Below the pieces are notes generated by a model that was given only the letters and a program-made list of their open reading frames with translations, searched no databases and was not told the DNA's origin. DNA of 64,000 bases from the human T2T-CHM13v2.0 reference genome, Homo sapiens, in NCBI RefSeq assembly GCF_009914755.1, contig NC_060939.1. The stretch is one strand, 5' to 3'. Shown here one piece after another: positions 41,217-54,790 of the stretch. The position numbers and the translations under genes were made by a program. How positions within the stretch are numbered: the stretch's first letter is position 1; each line of letters begins with the position of its first letter.

Positions 41217-43999
41217 CTATTTGAGTCCATTCCCTTTGATTCCATAACATTTGAGTCCATTCAATTCCATTCCTTTCGTTTCCATTCCATTTGATGCCAT
41301 TCCATTCAATTCTGTTCTACTCGACTCCAATACATTCAATTCCATTCCATCCGATTCCATTACATTCTTTTCATTTCTTATCCATTTCAAGCCATTCCAC
41401 TCCATTCCATTCCACTCGTTTCCTTTCCATTCGAGTCCATTCCTCTCCAGTCCATTCCGTTCAATCCATTCCATTCCAGTCCATTCCATTCGAGTCCGTT
41501 CCATTCCAGTCCATTCCATTCGAGTCAATTCCATTCCATTCGATGTCTTTCCATAACGATCCATTCCATTCTATTCCTTTCGATTCCATTCTATTCTATT
41601 TCATTCCATTCGATTCCCTTCCATTGGACTCCTTTCCATTCGAGTGCATTCCATTCCGTTCCATTTCTTTCCGTTCTGTACGATTCCTACCGTTCAATTT
41701 CATTTTGTTCCAGTCCATTCTTTCGCGTCCATTCCATTCCATTTCACTCCATTCGATTCCATTCCACTCGATTCCACTTCGTTCCATTTCATTGCATTCC
41801 ATTCTATTCAACTCTATTGCCTTCCATGCCATTCCATTCGATTACATTCCATGCGATTCCATTCGAAATCGAATCAATTACATTGCAATCCATTACTATT
41901 GAGTCCGTTTTATTCCAGTCCACTGCATTCTGGTCCATTCCATTTGATTCCATTCCATTCTATTCCATTCCATACAGTTGCATTCCATTGGATTCCATGC
42001 TATATCTATAAATTCAATTCGAGACCATTGCTTTTGAGTCCATTCTATATGATTCCATTCCATTCAAGTCCATTACATTTGGTTAAATTCCATTCCATTC
42101 GGTTCAATTCCATTCCATTCCATTCCCTTCCATTCCATTCCAGTTGATATCAATCCATTCGATTCCATTCCATTCGAGCACATTCCATTCGAGTCCATTC
42201 CATTCGATGCCATTCCATTTGATTCTATTCCATTAGTCTCCATTCAATTCCATTAATCTCCATTCCATTCCATTCTACTCCAACTGATTCCATTCCATTC
42301 TATTCCTTTTTATTCCATTTCATTCCATTCCATTCCATTCCATTCCATTCCATTCGTGTCCATTCCACTCCAGTCCATTCCATTCGTATCCATTCCATTC
42401 CAGTCCATTCCATTTGTGTCCACTGCATTCCATTCCACTCCATTCCATATTATTCCATTACACTCCATTCCATTCTATTACTTTCATTTCCATTCAATTC
42501 CATTCCATTTGATTCCATTCCACTCGGTTTCATTCCATTTGAGTCCACTCCATTCCATTCCATTCCATTCAGTTCCATTCCATTCTGTTCCATTCCATTC
42601 CGTTCCATTACATTCCATTCCATTCGGTACCATTCCATATTGTTCCATTCGATTCCATTCGAATCCATTCCATTCCAGTCCATTCCATTCGATTCCATTC
42701 CATTCATTTCAATTCCATTCCATTCCATTCCATTACATTCCACTTGATTCCTCTCCATTCCCTTCCACTGCATTCCGTTCGATTCCATTCCATTGCATTG
42801 CATTCCATTCCATTGGATTGCATTCCATTCGATTCCATTCCATTCGAATCAATTACATAGCAATCCATTACATTCGAGTCTATTCTCTTCCGTTCCATTC
42901 GATTTCGTTCCAATCCATTCGATTCCATTCCATTCGATTCCATTCCATACTATTGCATTCCATTCGATTACATTATATTCGAATAAGTTCCATTCAAGAC
43001 CATTTCTTTTGAGTCCATTCTATTTGAGTCCATTCCCTTTGATTCCATAACATTTGAGTCCATTCAATTCCATTCCTTTCGTTTCCATTCCATTTGATGC
43101 CATTCCATTCAATTCTGTTCTACTCGACTCCAATACATTCAATTCCATTCCATCCGATTCCATTACATTCTTTTCATTTCTTATCCATTTCAAGCCATTC
43201 CACTCCATTCCATTCCACTCGTTTCCTTTCCATTCGAGTCCATTCCTCTCCAGTCCATTCCGTTCAATCCATTCCATTCCAGTCCATTCCATTCGAGTCC
43301 GTTCCATTCCAGTCCATTCCATTCGAGTCAATTCCATCCCATTCGATGTCTTTCCATAACGATCCATTCCATTCTATTCCTTTCGATTCCATTCCATTCT
43401 ATTTCATTCCATTCGATTCCCTTCCATTGGACTCCTTTCCATTCGAGTGCATTCCATTCCGTTCCATTTCTTTCCGTTCTGTACGATTCCTACCGTTCGA
43501 TTTCATTTTGTTCCAGTCCATTCCTTTCGCGTCCATTCCATTCCATTTCACTCCATTCGATTCCATTCCACTCGATTCCACTTCGTTCCATTTCATTGCA
43601 TTCCATTCTATTCAAATCTATTGCCTTCCATTCCATTCCATTCGATTACATTCCATGCGATTCCATTCGAAATCGAATCAATTACATTGCAATCCATTAC
43701 TATTGAGTCCATTTTATTCCAGTCCACTGCATTCTGGTCCATTCCATTTGATTCCATTCCATTCTATTCCATTCCATACAGTTGCATTCCATTGGATTCC
43801 AATCTATATCTATAAATTCAATTCGAGACCATTGCTTTTGAGTCCATTCTATATGATTCCATTCCATTCAAGTCCATTACATTTGGTTCAATTCCATTCC
43901 ATTCCATTCCCTTCCATTCCATTCCAGTTGATATCAATCCATTCGATTCCATTCCATTCGAGCACATTCCATTCGAGTCCATTCCATTCGATGCCATTC

Positions 44000-46900
44000 C
44001 ATTTGATTCTATTCCATTAGTCTCCATTCAATTCCATTAATCTCCATTCCATTCCATTCTACTCCAACTGATTCCATTCCATTCTATTCCTTTCCATTCC
44101 ATTTCATTCCATTCCATTCCATTTCATTCCATTCCATTCCATTCGTGTCCATTCCACTCCAGTCCATTCCATTCGTGTCCATTCCATTCCAGTCCATTCC
44201 ATTTGTGTCCACTGCATTCCATTCCACTCCATTCCATATTATTCCATTACACTCCATTCCATTCTATTACTTTCATTTCCATTCAATTCCATTCCATTTG
44301 ATTCCATTCCACTCGGTTTCATTACATTTGAGTCCACTCCATTCCATTCCATTAAATTCCATTCAGTTCCATTCCATTCCGTTCCATTACATTCCATTCC
44401 ATTCGATACCATTCCATATTGTTCCATTCGATTCCATTCGAATCCATTCCATTCCAGTCCATTCCATTCGATTCCATTCCATTCATTTCAATTCCATTCC
44501 ATTCCATTCCATTCCATTCCACTTGATTCCTCTCCATTCCCTTCCACTGCATTCCGTTCGATTCCATTCCATTGCATTGCATTCCATTCCATTGGATTGC
44601 ATTCCATTCGATTCCTTTCCATTCGAATCAATTACATAGCAATCCATTACATTCGAGTCTATTCTATTCCGTTCCATTCGATTTCGTTCCAATCCATTGG
44701 ATTCCATTCCATTCGATTCCATTCCATACTATTGCATTCCATTCGATTACATTATATTCGAATAAGTTCCATTCAAGACCATTTCTTTTGAGTCCATTCT
44801 ATTTGAGTCCATTCCCTTTGATTCCATAACATTTGAGTCCATTCAATTCCATTCCTTTCGTTTCCATTCCATTTGATGCCATTCCATTCAATTCTGTTCT
44901 ACTCGACTCCAATACATTCAATTCCATTCCATCCGATTCCATTACATTCTTTTCATTTCTTATCCATTTCAAGCCATTCCACTCCATTCCATTCCACTCG
45001 TTTCCTTTCCATTCGAGTCCATTCCTCTCCAGTCCATTCCGTTCAATCCATTCCATTCCAGTCCATTCCATTCGAGTCCGTTCCATTCCAGTCCATTCCA
45101 TTCGAGTCAATTCCATCCCATTCGATGTCTTTCCATAACGATCCATTCCATTCTATTCCTTTCGATTCCATTCCATTCTATTTCATTCCATTCGATTCCC
45201 TTCCATTGGACTCCTTTCCATTCGAGTGCATTCCATTCCGTTCCATTTCTTTCCGTTCTGTACGATTCCTACCGTTCGATTTCATTTTGTTCCAGTCCAT
45301 TCCTTTCGCGTCCATTCCATTCCATTTCACTCCATTCGATTCCATTCCACTCGATTCCACTTCGTTCCATTTCATTGCATTCCATTCTATTCAACTCTAT
45401 TGTCTTCCATTCCATTCCATTCGATTACATTCCATGCGATTCCATTCGAAATCGAATCAATTACATTGCAATCCATTACTATTGAGTCCGTTTTATTCCA
45501 GTCCACTGCATTCTGGTCCATTCCATTTGATTCCATTCCATTCTATTCCATTCCATACAGTTGCATTCCATTGGATTCCATTGTATATCTATAAATTCAA
45601 TTCGAGACCATTGCTTTTGAGTCCATTCTATATGATTCCATTCCATTCAAGTCCATTACATTTGGTTCAATTCCATTCCATTCCATTCCCTTCCATTCCA
45701 TTCCAGTTGATATCAATCCATTCGATTCCATTCCATTCGAGCACATTCCATTCGAGTCCATTCCATTCGATGCCATTCCATTTGATTCTATTCCATTAGT
45801 CTCCATTCAATTCCATTAATCTCCATTCCATTCCATTCTACTCCAACTGATTCCATTCCATTCTATTCCTTTCCATTCCATTTCATTCCATTCCATTCCA
45901 TTCCATTCCATTCGCTTCCATTCCATTCATGTCCATTGCATTCCAGTCCATTCCATTTGTGTCCACTGCATTCCATTCCACTCCATTCCATATTATTCCA
46001 TTACACTCCATTCCATTCTATTACTTTCATTTCCATTGAATTCCATTCCATTTGATTCCATTCCACTCGGTTTCATTCCATTTGAGTCCACTCCACTCCA
46101 TTCCATTCCATTCCATTCCATTCAGTTCCATTCCATTCTGTTCCATTCCATTCCGTTCCATTGCATTCCATTCCATTCGGTACCATTCCATATTGTTCCA
46201 TTCGATTCCATTCGAATCCATTCCATTCCAGTCCATTCCATTCGATTCCATTCCATTCCTTTCAATTCTATTCCATTCCATTCCATTCCACTTGATTCCA
46301 CTCCATTCCCTTCCACTGCATTCCATTGCATTGCATTCCATTCCATTGGACTGCATTCCATTCGATTCCATTCCATTCGAATCAATTACATAGCAATCCA
46401 TTACATTCGAGTCTATTCTATTCCGTTCCATTCGATTTCGTTCCAATCCATTCGATTCCATTCCATTCGATTCCATTCCATACTATTGCATTCCATTCGA
46501 TTACATTATATTCGAATAAGTTCCATTCAAGACCATTTCTTTTGAGTCCATTCTATTTGAGTCCATTCCCTTTGATTCCATAACATTTGAGTCCATTCAA
46601 TTCCATTCCTTTCGTTTCCATTCCATTTGATGCCATTCCATTCAATTCTGTTCTACTCGACTCCAATACATTCAATTCCATTCCATCCGATTCCATTACA
46701 TTCTTTTCATTTCTTATCCATTTCAAGCCATTCCACTCCATTCCATTCCACTCGTTTCCTTTCCATTCGAGTCCATTCCTCTCCAGTCCATTCCGTTCAA
46801 TCCATTCCATTCCAGTCCATTCCATTCGAGTCCGTTCCATTCCAGTCCATTCCATTCGAGTCAATTCCATCCCATTCGATGTCTTTCCATAACGATCCAT

Positions 46901-49900
46901 TCCATTCTATTCCTTTCGATTCCATTCCATTCTATTTCATTCCATTCGATTCCCTTCCATTGGACTCCTTTCCATTCGAGTGCATTCCATTCCGTTCCAT
47001 TTCTTTCCGTTCTGTACGATTCCTACCGTTCGATTTCATTTTCTTCCAGTCCATTCTTTCGCGTCCATTCCATTCCATTTCACTCCATTCGATTCCATTC
47101 CACTCGATTCCACTTCGTTCCATTTCATTGCATTCCATTCTATTCAACTCTATTGCCTTCCATTCCATTCCATTCGATTACATTTCTTGCGATTCCATTT
47201 GAAATCAAATCAATTACATTGCAATCCATTACTATTGAGTCCGTTTTATTCCAGTCCACTGCATTCTGGTCCATTCCATTTGATTCCATTCCATTCTATT
47301 CCATTCCATACAGTTGCATTCCATTGGATTCCATGCTATATCTATAAATTCAATTCGAGACCATTGCTTTTGAGTCCATTCTATATGATTCCATTCCATT
47401 CAAGTCCATTACATTTGGTTAAATTCCATTCCATTCGGTTCAATTCCATTCCATTCCATTCCCTTCCATTCCATTCCAGTTGATATCAATCCATTCGATT
47501 CCATTCCATTCGAGCACATTCCATTCGAGTCCATTCCATTCGATGCCATTCCATTTGATTCTATTCCATTAGTCTCCATTCAATTCCATTAATCTCCATT
47601 CCATTCCATTCTACTCCAACTGATTCCATTCCATTCTATTCCTTTCCATTCCATTTCATTCCATTCCATTCCATTCCATTCCATTCCATTCCATTCGTGT
47701 CCATTCCACTCCAGTCCATTCCATTCGTATCCATTCCATTCCAGTCCATTCCATTTGTGTCCACTGCATTCCATTCCACTCCATTCCATATTATTCCATT
47801 ACACTCCATTCCATTCTATTACTTTCATTTCCATTCAATTCCATTCCATTTGATTCCATTCCACTCGGTTTCATTCCATTTGAGTCCACTCCATTCCATT
47901 CCATTCCATTCAGTTCCATTCCATTCTGTTCCATTCCATTCCGTTCCATTACATTCCATTCCATTCGGTACCATTCCATATTGTTCCATTCGATTCCATT
48001 CGAATCCATTCCATTCCAGTCCATTCCATTCGATTCCATTCCATTCATTTCAATTCCATTCCATTCCATTCCATTACATTCCACTTGATTCCTCTCCATT
48101 CCCTTCCACTGCATTCCGTTCGATTCCATTCCATTGCATTGCATTCCATTCCATTGGATTGCATTCCATTCGATTCCATTCCATTCGAATCAATTACATA
48201 GCAATCCATTACATTCGAGTCTATTCTCTTCCGTTCCATTCGATTTCGTTCCAATCCATTCGATTCCATTCCATTCGATTCCATTCCATACTATTACATT
48301 CCATTCGATTACATTATATTCGAATAAGTTCCATTCAAGACCATTTCTTTTGAGTCCATTCTATTTGAGTCCATTCCCTTTGATTCCATAACATTTGAGT
48401 CCATTCAATTCCATTCCTTTCGTTTCCATTCCATTTGATGCCATTCCATTCAATTCTGTTCTACTCGACTCCAATACATTCAATTCCATTCCATCCGATT
48501 CCATTACATTCTTTTCATTTCTTATCCATTTCAAGCCATTCCACTCCATTCCATTCCACTCGTTTCCTTTCCATTCGAGTCCATTCCTCTCCAGTCCATT
48601 CCGTTCAATCCATTCCATTCCAGTCCATTCCATTCGAGTCCGTTCCATTCCAGTCCATTCCATTCGAGTCAATTCCATTCCATTCGATGTCTTTCCATAA
48701 CGATCCATTCCATTCTATTCCTTTCGATTCCATTCCATTCTATTTCATTCCATTCGATTCCCTTCCATTGGACTCCTTTCCATTCGAGTGCATTCCATTC
48801 CGTTCCATTTCTTTCCGTTCTGTACGATTCCTACCGTTCGATTTCATTTTCTTCCAGTCCATTCTTTCGCGTCCATTCCATTCCATTTCACTCCATTCGA
48901 TTCCATTCCACTCGATTCCACTTCGTTCCATTTCATTGCATTCCATTCTATTCAACTCTATTGCCTTCCATTCCATTCCATTCGATTACATTCCATGCGA
49001 TTCCATTCGAAATCGAATCAATTACATTGCAATCCATTACTATTGAGTCCGTTTTATTCCAGTCCACTGCATTCTGGTCCATTCCATTTGATTCCATTCC
49101 ATTCTATTCCATTCCATACAGTTGCATTCCATTGGATTCCATGCTATATCTATAAATTCAATTCGAGACCATTGCTTTTGAGTCCATTCTATATGATTCC
49201 ATTCCATTCAAGTCCATTACATTTGGTTAAATTCCATTCCATTCGGTTCAATTCCATTCCATTCCATTCCCTTCCATTCCATTCCAGTTGATATCAATCC
49301 ATTCGATTCCATTCCATTCGAGCACATTCCATTCGAGTCCATTCCATTCGATGCCATTCCATTTGATTCTATTCCATTAGTCTCCATTCAATTCCATTAA
49401 TCTCCATTCCATTCCATTCTACTCCAACTGATTCCATTCCATTCTATTCCTTTCCATTCCATTTCATTCCATTCCATTCCATTTCATTCCATTCCATTCC
49501 ATTCGTGTCCATTCCACTCCAGTCCATTCCATTCGTGTCCATTCCATTCCAGTCCATTCCATTTGTGTCCACTGCATTCCATTCCACTCCATTCCATATT
49601 ATTCCATTACACTCCATTCCATTCTATTACTTTCATTTCCATTCAATTCCATTCCATTTGATTCCATTCCACTCGGTTTCATTACATTTGAGTCCACTCC
49701 ATTCCATTCCATTAAATTCCATTCAGTTCCATTCCATTCCGTTCCATTACATTCCATTCCATTCGATACCATTCCATATTGTTCCATTCGATTCCATTCG
49801 AATCCATTCCATTCCAGTCCATTCCATTCGATTCCATTCCATTCATTTCAATTCCATTCCATTCCATTCCATTCCATTCCACTTGATTCCTCTCCATTCC

Positions 49901-52900
49901 CTTCCACTGCATTCCGTTCGATTCCATTCCATTGCATTGCATTCCATTCCATTGGATTGCATTCCATTCGATTCCTTTCCATTCGAATCAATTACATAGC
50001 AATCCATTACATTCGAGTCTATTCTATTCCGTTCCATTCGATTTCGTTCCAATCCATTGGATTCCATTCCATTCGATTCCATTCCATACTATTGCATTCC
50101 ATTCGATTACATTATATTCGAATAAGTTCCATTCAAGACCATTTCTTTTGAGTCCATTCTATTTGAGTCCATTCCCTTTGATTCCATAACATTTGAGTCC
50201 ATTCAATTCCATTCCTTTCGTTTCCATTCCATTTGATGCCATTCCATTCAATTCTGTTCTACTCGACTCCAATACATTCAATTCCATTCCATCCGATTCC
50301 ATTACATTCTTTTCATTTCTTATCCATTTCAAGCCATTCCACTCCATTCCATTCCACTCGTTTCCTTTCCATTCGAGTCCATTCCTCTCCAGTCCATTCC
50401 GTTCAATCCATTCCATTCCAGTCCATTCCATTCGAGTCCGTTCCATTCCAGTCCATTCCATTCGAGTCAATTCCATCCCATTCGATGTCTTTCCATAACG
50501 ATCCATTCCATTCTATTCCTTTCGATTCCATTCCATTCTATTTCATTCCATTCGATTCCCTTCCATTGGACTCCTTTCCATTCGAGTGCATTCCATTCCG
50601 TTCCATTTCTTTCCGTTCTGTACGATTCCTACCGTTCGATTTCATTTTGTTCCAGTCCATTCCTTTCGCGTCCATTCCATTCCATTTCACTCCATTCGAT
50701 TCCATTCCACTCGATTCCACTTCGTTCCATTTCATTGCATTCCATTCTATTCAACTCTATTGTCTTCCATTCCATTCCATTCGATTACATTCCATGCGAT
50801 TCCATTCGAAATCGAATCAATTACATTGCAATCCATTACTATTGAGTCCGTTTTATTCCAGTCCACTGCATTCTGGTCCATTCCATTTGATTCCATTCCA
50901 TTCTATTCCATTCCATACAGTTGCATTCCATTGGATTCCATTGTATATCTATAAATTCAATTCGAGACCATTGCTTTTGAGTCCATTCTATATGATTCCA
51001 TTCCATTCAAGTCCATTACATTTGGTTCAATTCCATTCCATTCCATTCCCTTCCATTCCATTCCAGTTGATATCAATCCATTCGATTCCATTCCATTCGA
51101 GCACATTCCATTCGAGTCCATTCCATTCGATGCCATTCCATTTGATTCTATTCCATTAGTCTCCATTCAATTCCATTAATCTCCATTCCATTCCATTCTA
51201 CTCCAACTGATTCCATTCCATTCTATTCCTTTCCATTCCATTTCATTCCATTCCATTCCATTCCATTCCATTCGTTTCCATTCCATTCATGTCCATTGCA
51301 TTCCAGTCCATTCCATTTGTGTCCACTGCATTCCATTCCACTCCATTCCATATTATTCCATTACACTCCATTCCATTCTATTACTTTCATTTCCATTGAA
51401 TTCCATTCCATTTGATTCCATTCCACTCGGTTTCATTCCATTTGAGTCCACTCCACTCCATTCCATTCCATTCCATTCCATTCAGTTCCATTCCATTCTG
51501 TTCCATTCCATTCCGTTCCATTGCATTCCATTCCATTCGGTACCATTCCATATTGTTCCATTCGATTCCATTCGAATCCATTCCATTCCAGTCCATTCCA
51601 TTCGATTCCATTCCATTCCTTTCAATTCTATTCCATTCCATTCCATTCCACTTGATTCCACTCCATTCCCTTCCACTGCATTCCATTGCATTGCATTCCA
51701 TTCCATTGGACTGCATTCCATTCGATTCCATTCCATTCGAATCAATTACATAGCAATCCATTCCATTCGAGTCTATTCTATTCCGTTCCATTCGATTTCG
51801 TTCCAATCCATTCGATTCCATTCCATTCGATTCCATTCCATACTATTGCATTCCATTCGATTACATTATATTCGAATAAGTTCCATTCAAGACCATTTCT
51901 TTTGAGTCCATTCTATTTGAGTCCATTCCCTTTGATTCCATAACATTTGAGTCCATTCAATTCCATTCCTTTCGTTTCCATTCCATTTGATGCCATTCCA
52001 TTCAATTCTGTTCTACTCGACTCCAATACATTCAATTCCATTCCATCCGATTCCATTACATTCTTTTCATTTCTTATCCATTTCAAGCCATTCCACTCCA
52101 TTCCATTCCACTCGTTTCCTTTCCATTCGAGTCCATTCCTCTCCAGTCCATTCCGTTCAATCCATTCCATTCCAGTCCATTCCATTCGAGTCCGTTCCAT
52201 TCCAGTCCATTCCATTCGAGTCAATTCCATCCCATTCGATGTCTTTCCATAACGATCCATTCCATTCTATTCCTTTCGATTCCATTCCATTCTATTTCAT
52301 TCCATTCGATTCCCTTCCATTGGACTCCTTTCCATTCGAGTGCATTCCATTCCGTTCCATTTCTTTCCGTTCTGTACGATTCCTACCGTTCGATTTCATT
52401 TTCTTCCAGTCCATTCTTTCGCGTCCATTCCATTCCATTTCACTCCATTCGATTCCATTCCACTCGATTCCACTTCGTTCCATTTCATTGCATTCCATTC
52501 TATTCAACTCTATTGCCTTCCATTCCATTCCATTCGATTACATTTCTTGCGATTCCATTTGAAATCAAATCAATTACATTGCAATCCATTACTATTGAGT
52601 CCGTTTTATTCCAGTCCACTGCATTCTGGTCCATTCCATTTGATTCCATTCCATTCTATTCCATTCCATACAGTTGCATTCCATTGGATTCCATGCTATA
52701 TCTATAAATTCAATTCGAGACCATTGCTTTTGAGTCCATTCTATATGATTCCATTCCATTCAAGTCCATTACATTTGGTTAAATTCCATTCCATTCGGTT
52801 CAATTCCATTCCATTCCATTCCCTTCCATTCCATTCCAGTTGATATCAATCCATTCGATTCCATTCCATTCGAGCACATTCCATTCGAGTCCATTCCATT

Positions 52901-54790
52901 CGATGCCATTCCATTTGATTCTATTCCATTAGTCTCCATTCAATTCCATTAATCTCCATTCCATTCCATTCTACTCCAACTGATTCCATTCCATTCTATT
53001 CCTTTCCATTCCATTTCATTCCATTCCATTCCATTCCATTCCATTCCATTCGTGTCCATTCCACTCCAGTCCATTCCATTCGTATCCATTCCATTCCAGT
53101 CCATTCCATTTGTGTCCACTGCATTCCATTCCACTCCATTCCATATTATTCCATTACACTCCATTCCATTCTATTACTTTCATTTCCATTCAATTCCATT
53201 CCATTTGATTCCATTCCACTCGGTTTCATTCCATTTGAGTCCACTCCATTCCATTCCATTCCATTCAGTTCCATTCCATTCTGTTCCATTCCATTCCGTT
53301 CCATTACATTCCATTCCATTCGGTACCATTCCATATTGTTCCATTCGATTCCATTCGAATCCATTCCATTCCAGTCCATTCCATTCGATTCCATTCCATT
53401 CATTTCAATTCCATTCCATTCCATTCCATTACATTCCACTTGATTCCTCTCCATTCCCTTCCACTGCATTCCGTTCGATTCCATTCCATTGCATTGCATT
53501 CCATTCCATTGGATTGCATTCCATTCGATTCCATTCCATTCGAATCAATTACATAGCAATCCATTACATTCGAGTCTATTCTCTTCCGTTCCATTCGATT
53601 TCGTTCCAATCCATTCGATTCCATTCCATTCGATTCCATTCCATACTATTACATTCCATTCGATTACATTATATTCGAATAAGTTCCATTCAAGACCATT
53701 TCTTTTGAGTCCATTCTATTTGAGTCCATTCCCTTTGATTCCATAACATTTGAGTCCATTCAATTCCATTCCTTTCGTTTCCATTCCATTTGATGCCATT
53801 CCATTCAATTCTGTTCTACTCGACTCCAATACATTCAATTCCATTCCATCCGATTCCATTACATTCTTTTCATTTCTTATCCATTTCAAGCCATTCCACT
53901 CCATTCCATTCCACTCGTTTCCTTTCCATTCGAGTCCATTCCTCTCCAGTCCATTCCGTTCAATCCATTCCATTCCAGTCCATTCCATTCGAGTCCGTTC
54001 CATTCCAGTCCATTCCATTCGAGTCAATTCCATTCCATTCGATGTCTTTCCATAACGATCCATTCCATTCTATTCCTTTCGATTCCATTCCATTCTATTT
54101 CATTCCATTCGATTCCCTTCCATTGGACTCCTTTCCATTCGAGTGCATTCCATTCCGTTCCATTTCTTTCCGTTCTGTACGATTCCTACCGTTCGATTTC
54201 ATTTTCTTCCAGTCCATTCTTTCGCGTCCATTCCATTCCATTTCACTCCATTCGATTCCATTCCACTCGATTCCACTTCGTTCCATTTCATTGCATTCCA
54301 TTCTATTCAACTCTATTGCCTTCCATTCCATTCCATTCGATTACATTCCATGCGATTCCATTCGAAATCGAATCAATTACATTGCAATCCATTACTATTG
54401 AGTCCGTTTTATTCCAGTCCACTGCATTCTGGTCCATTCCATTTGATTCCATTCCATTCTATTCCATTCCATACAGTTGCATTCCATTGGATTCCATGCT
54501 ATATCTATAAATTCAATTCGAGACCATTGCTTTTGAGTCCATTCTATATGATTCCATTCCATTCAAGTCCATTACATTTGGTTAAATTCCATTCCATTCG
54601 GTTCAATTCCATTCCATTCCATTCCCTTCCATTCCATTCCAGTTGATATCAATCCATTCGATTCCATTCCATTCGAGCACATTCCATTCGAGTCCATTCC
54701 ATTCGATGCCATTCCATTTGATTCTATTCCATTAGTCTCCATTCAATTCCATTAATCTCCATTCCATTCCATTCTACTCCAACTGATTCC
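44000..54790 (+). repeat. Tandem duplication of a three-unit block (~5.36 kb x2)
   Basis: 44145->49505 and 46038->51398 are offset by 5360, and 48361->53716 by 5355. Both copies share the rare variant 'tactattacattcc' (~48290, ~53645). Confidence 0.83.
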
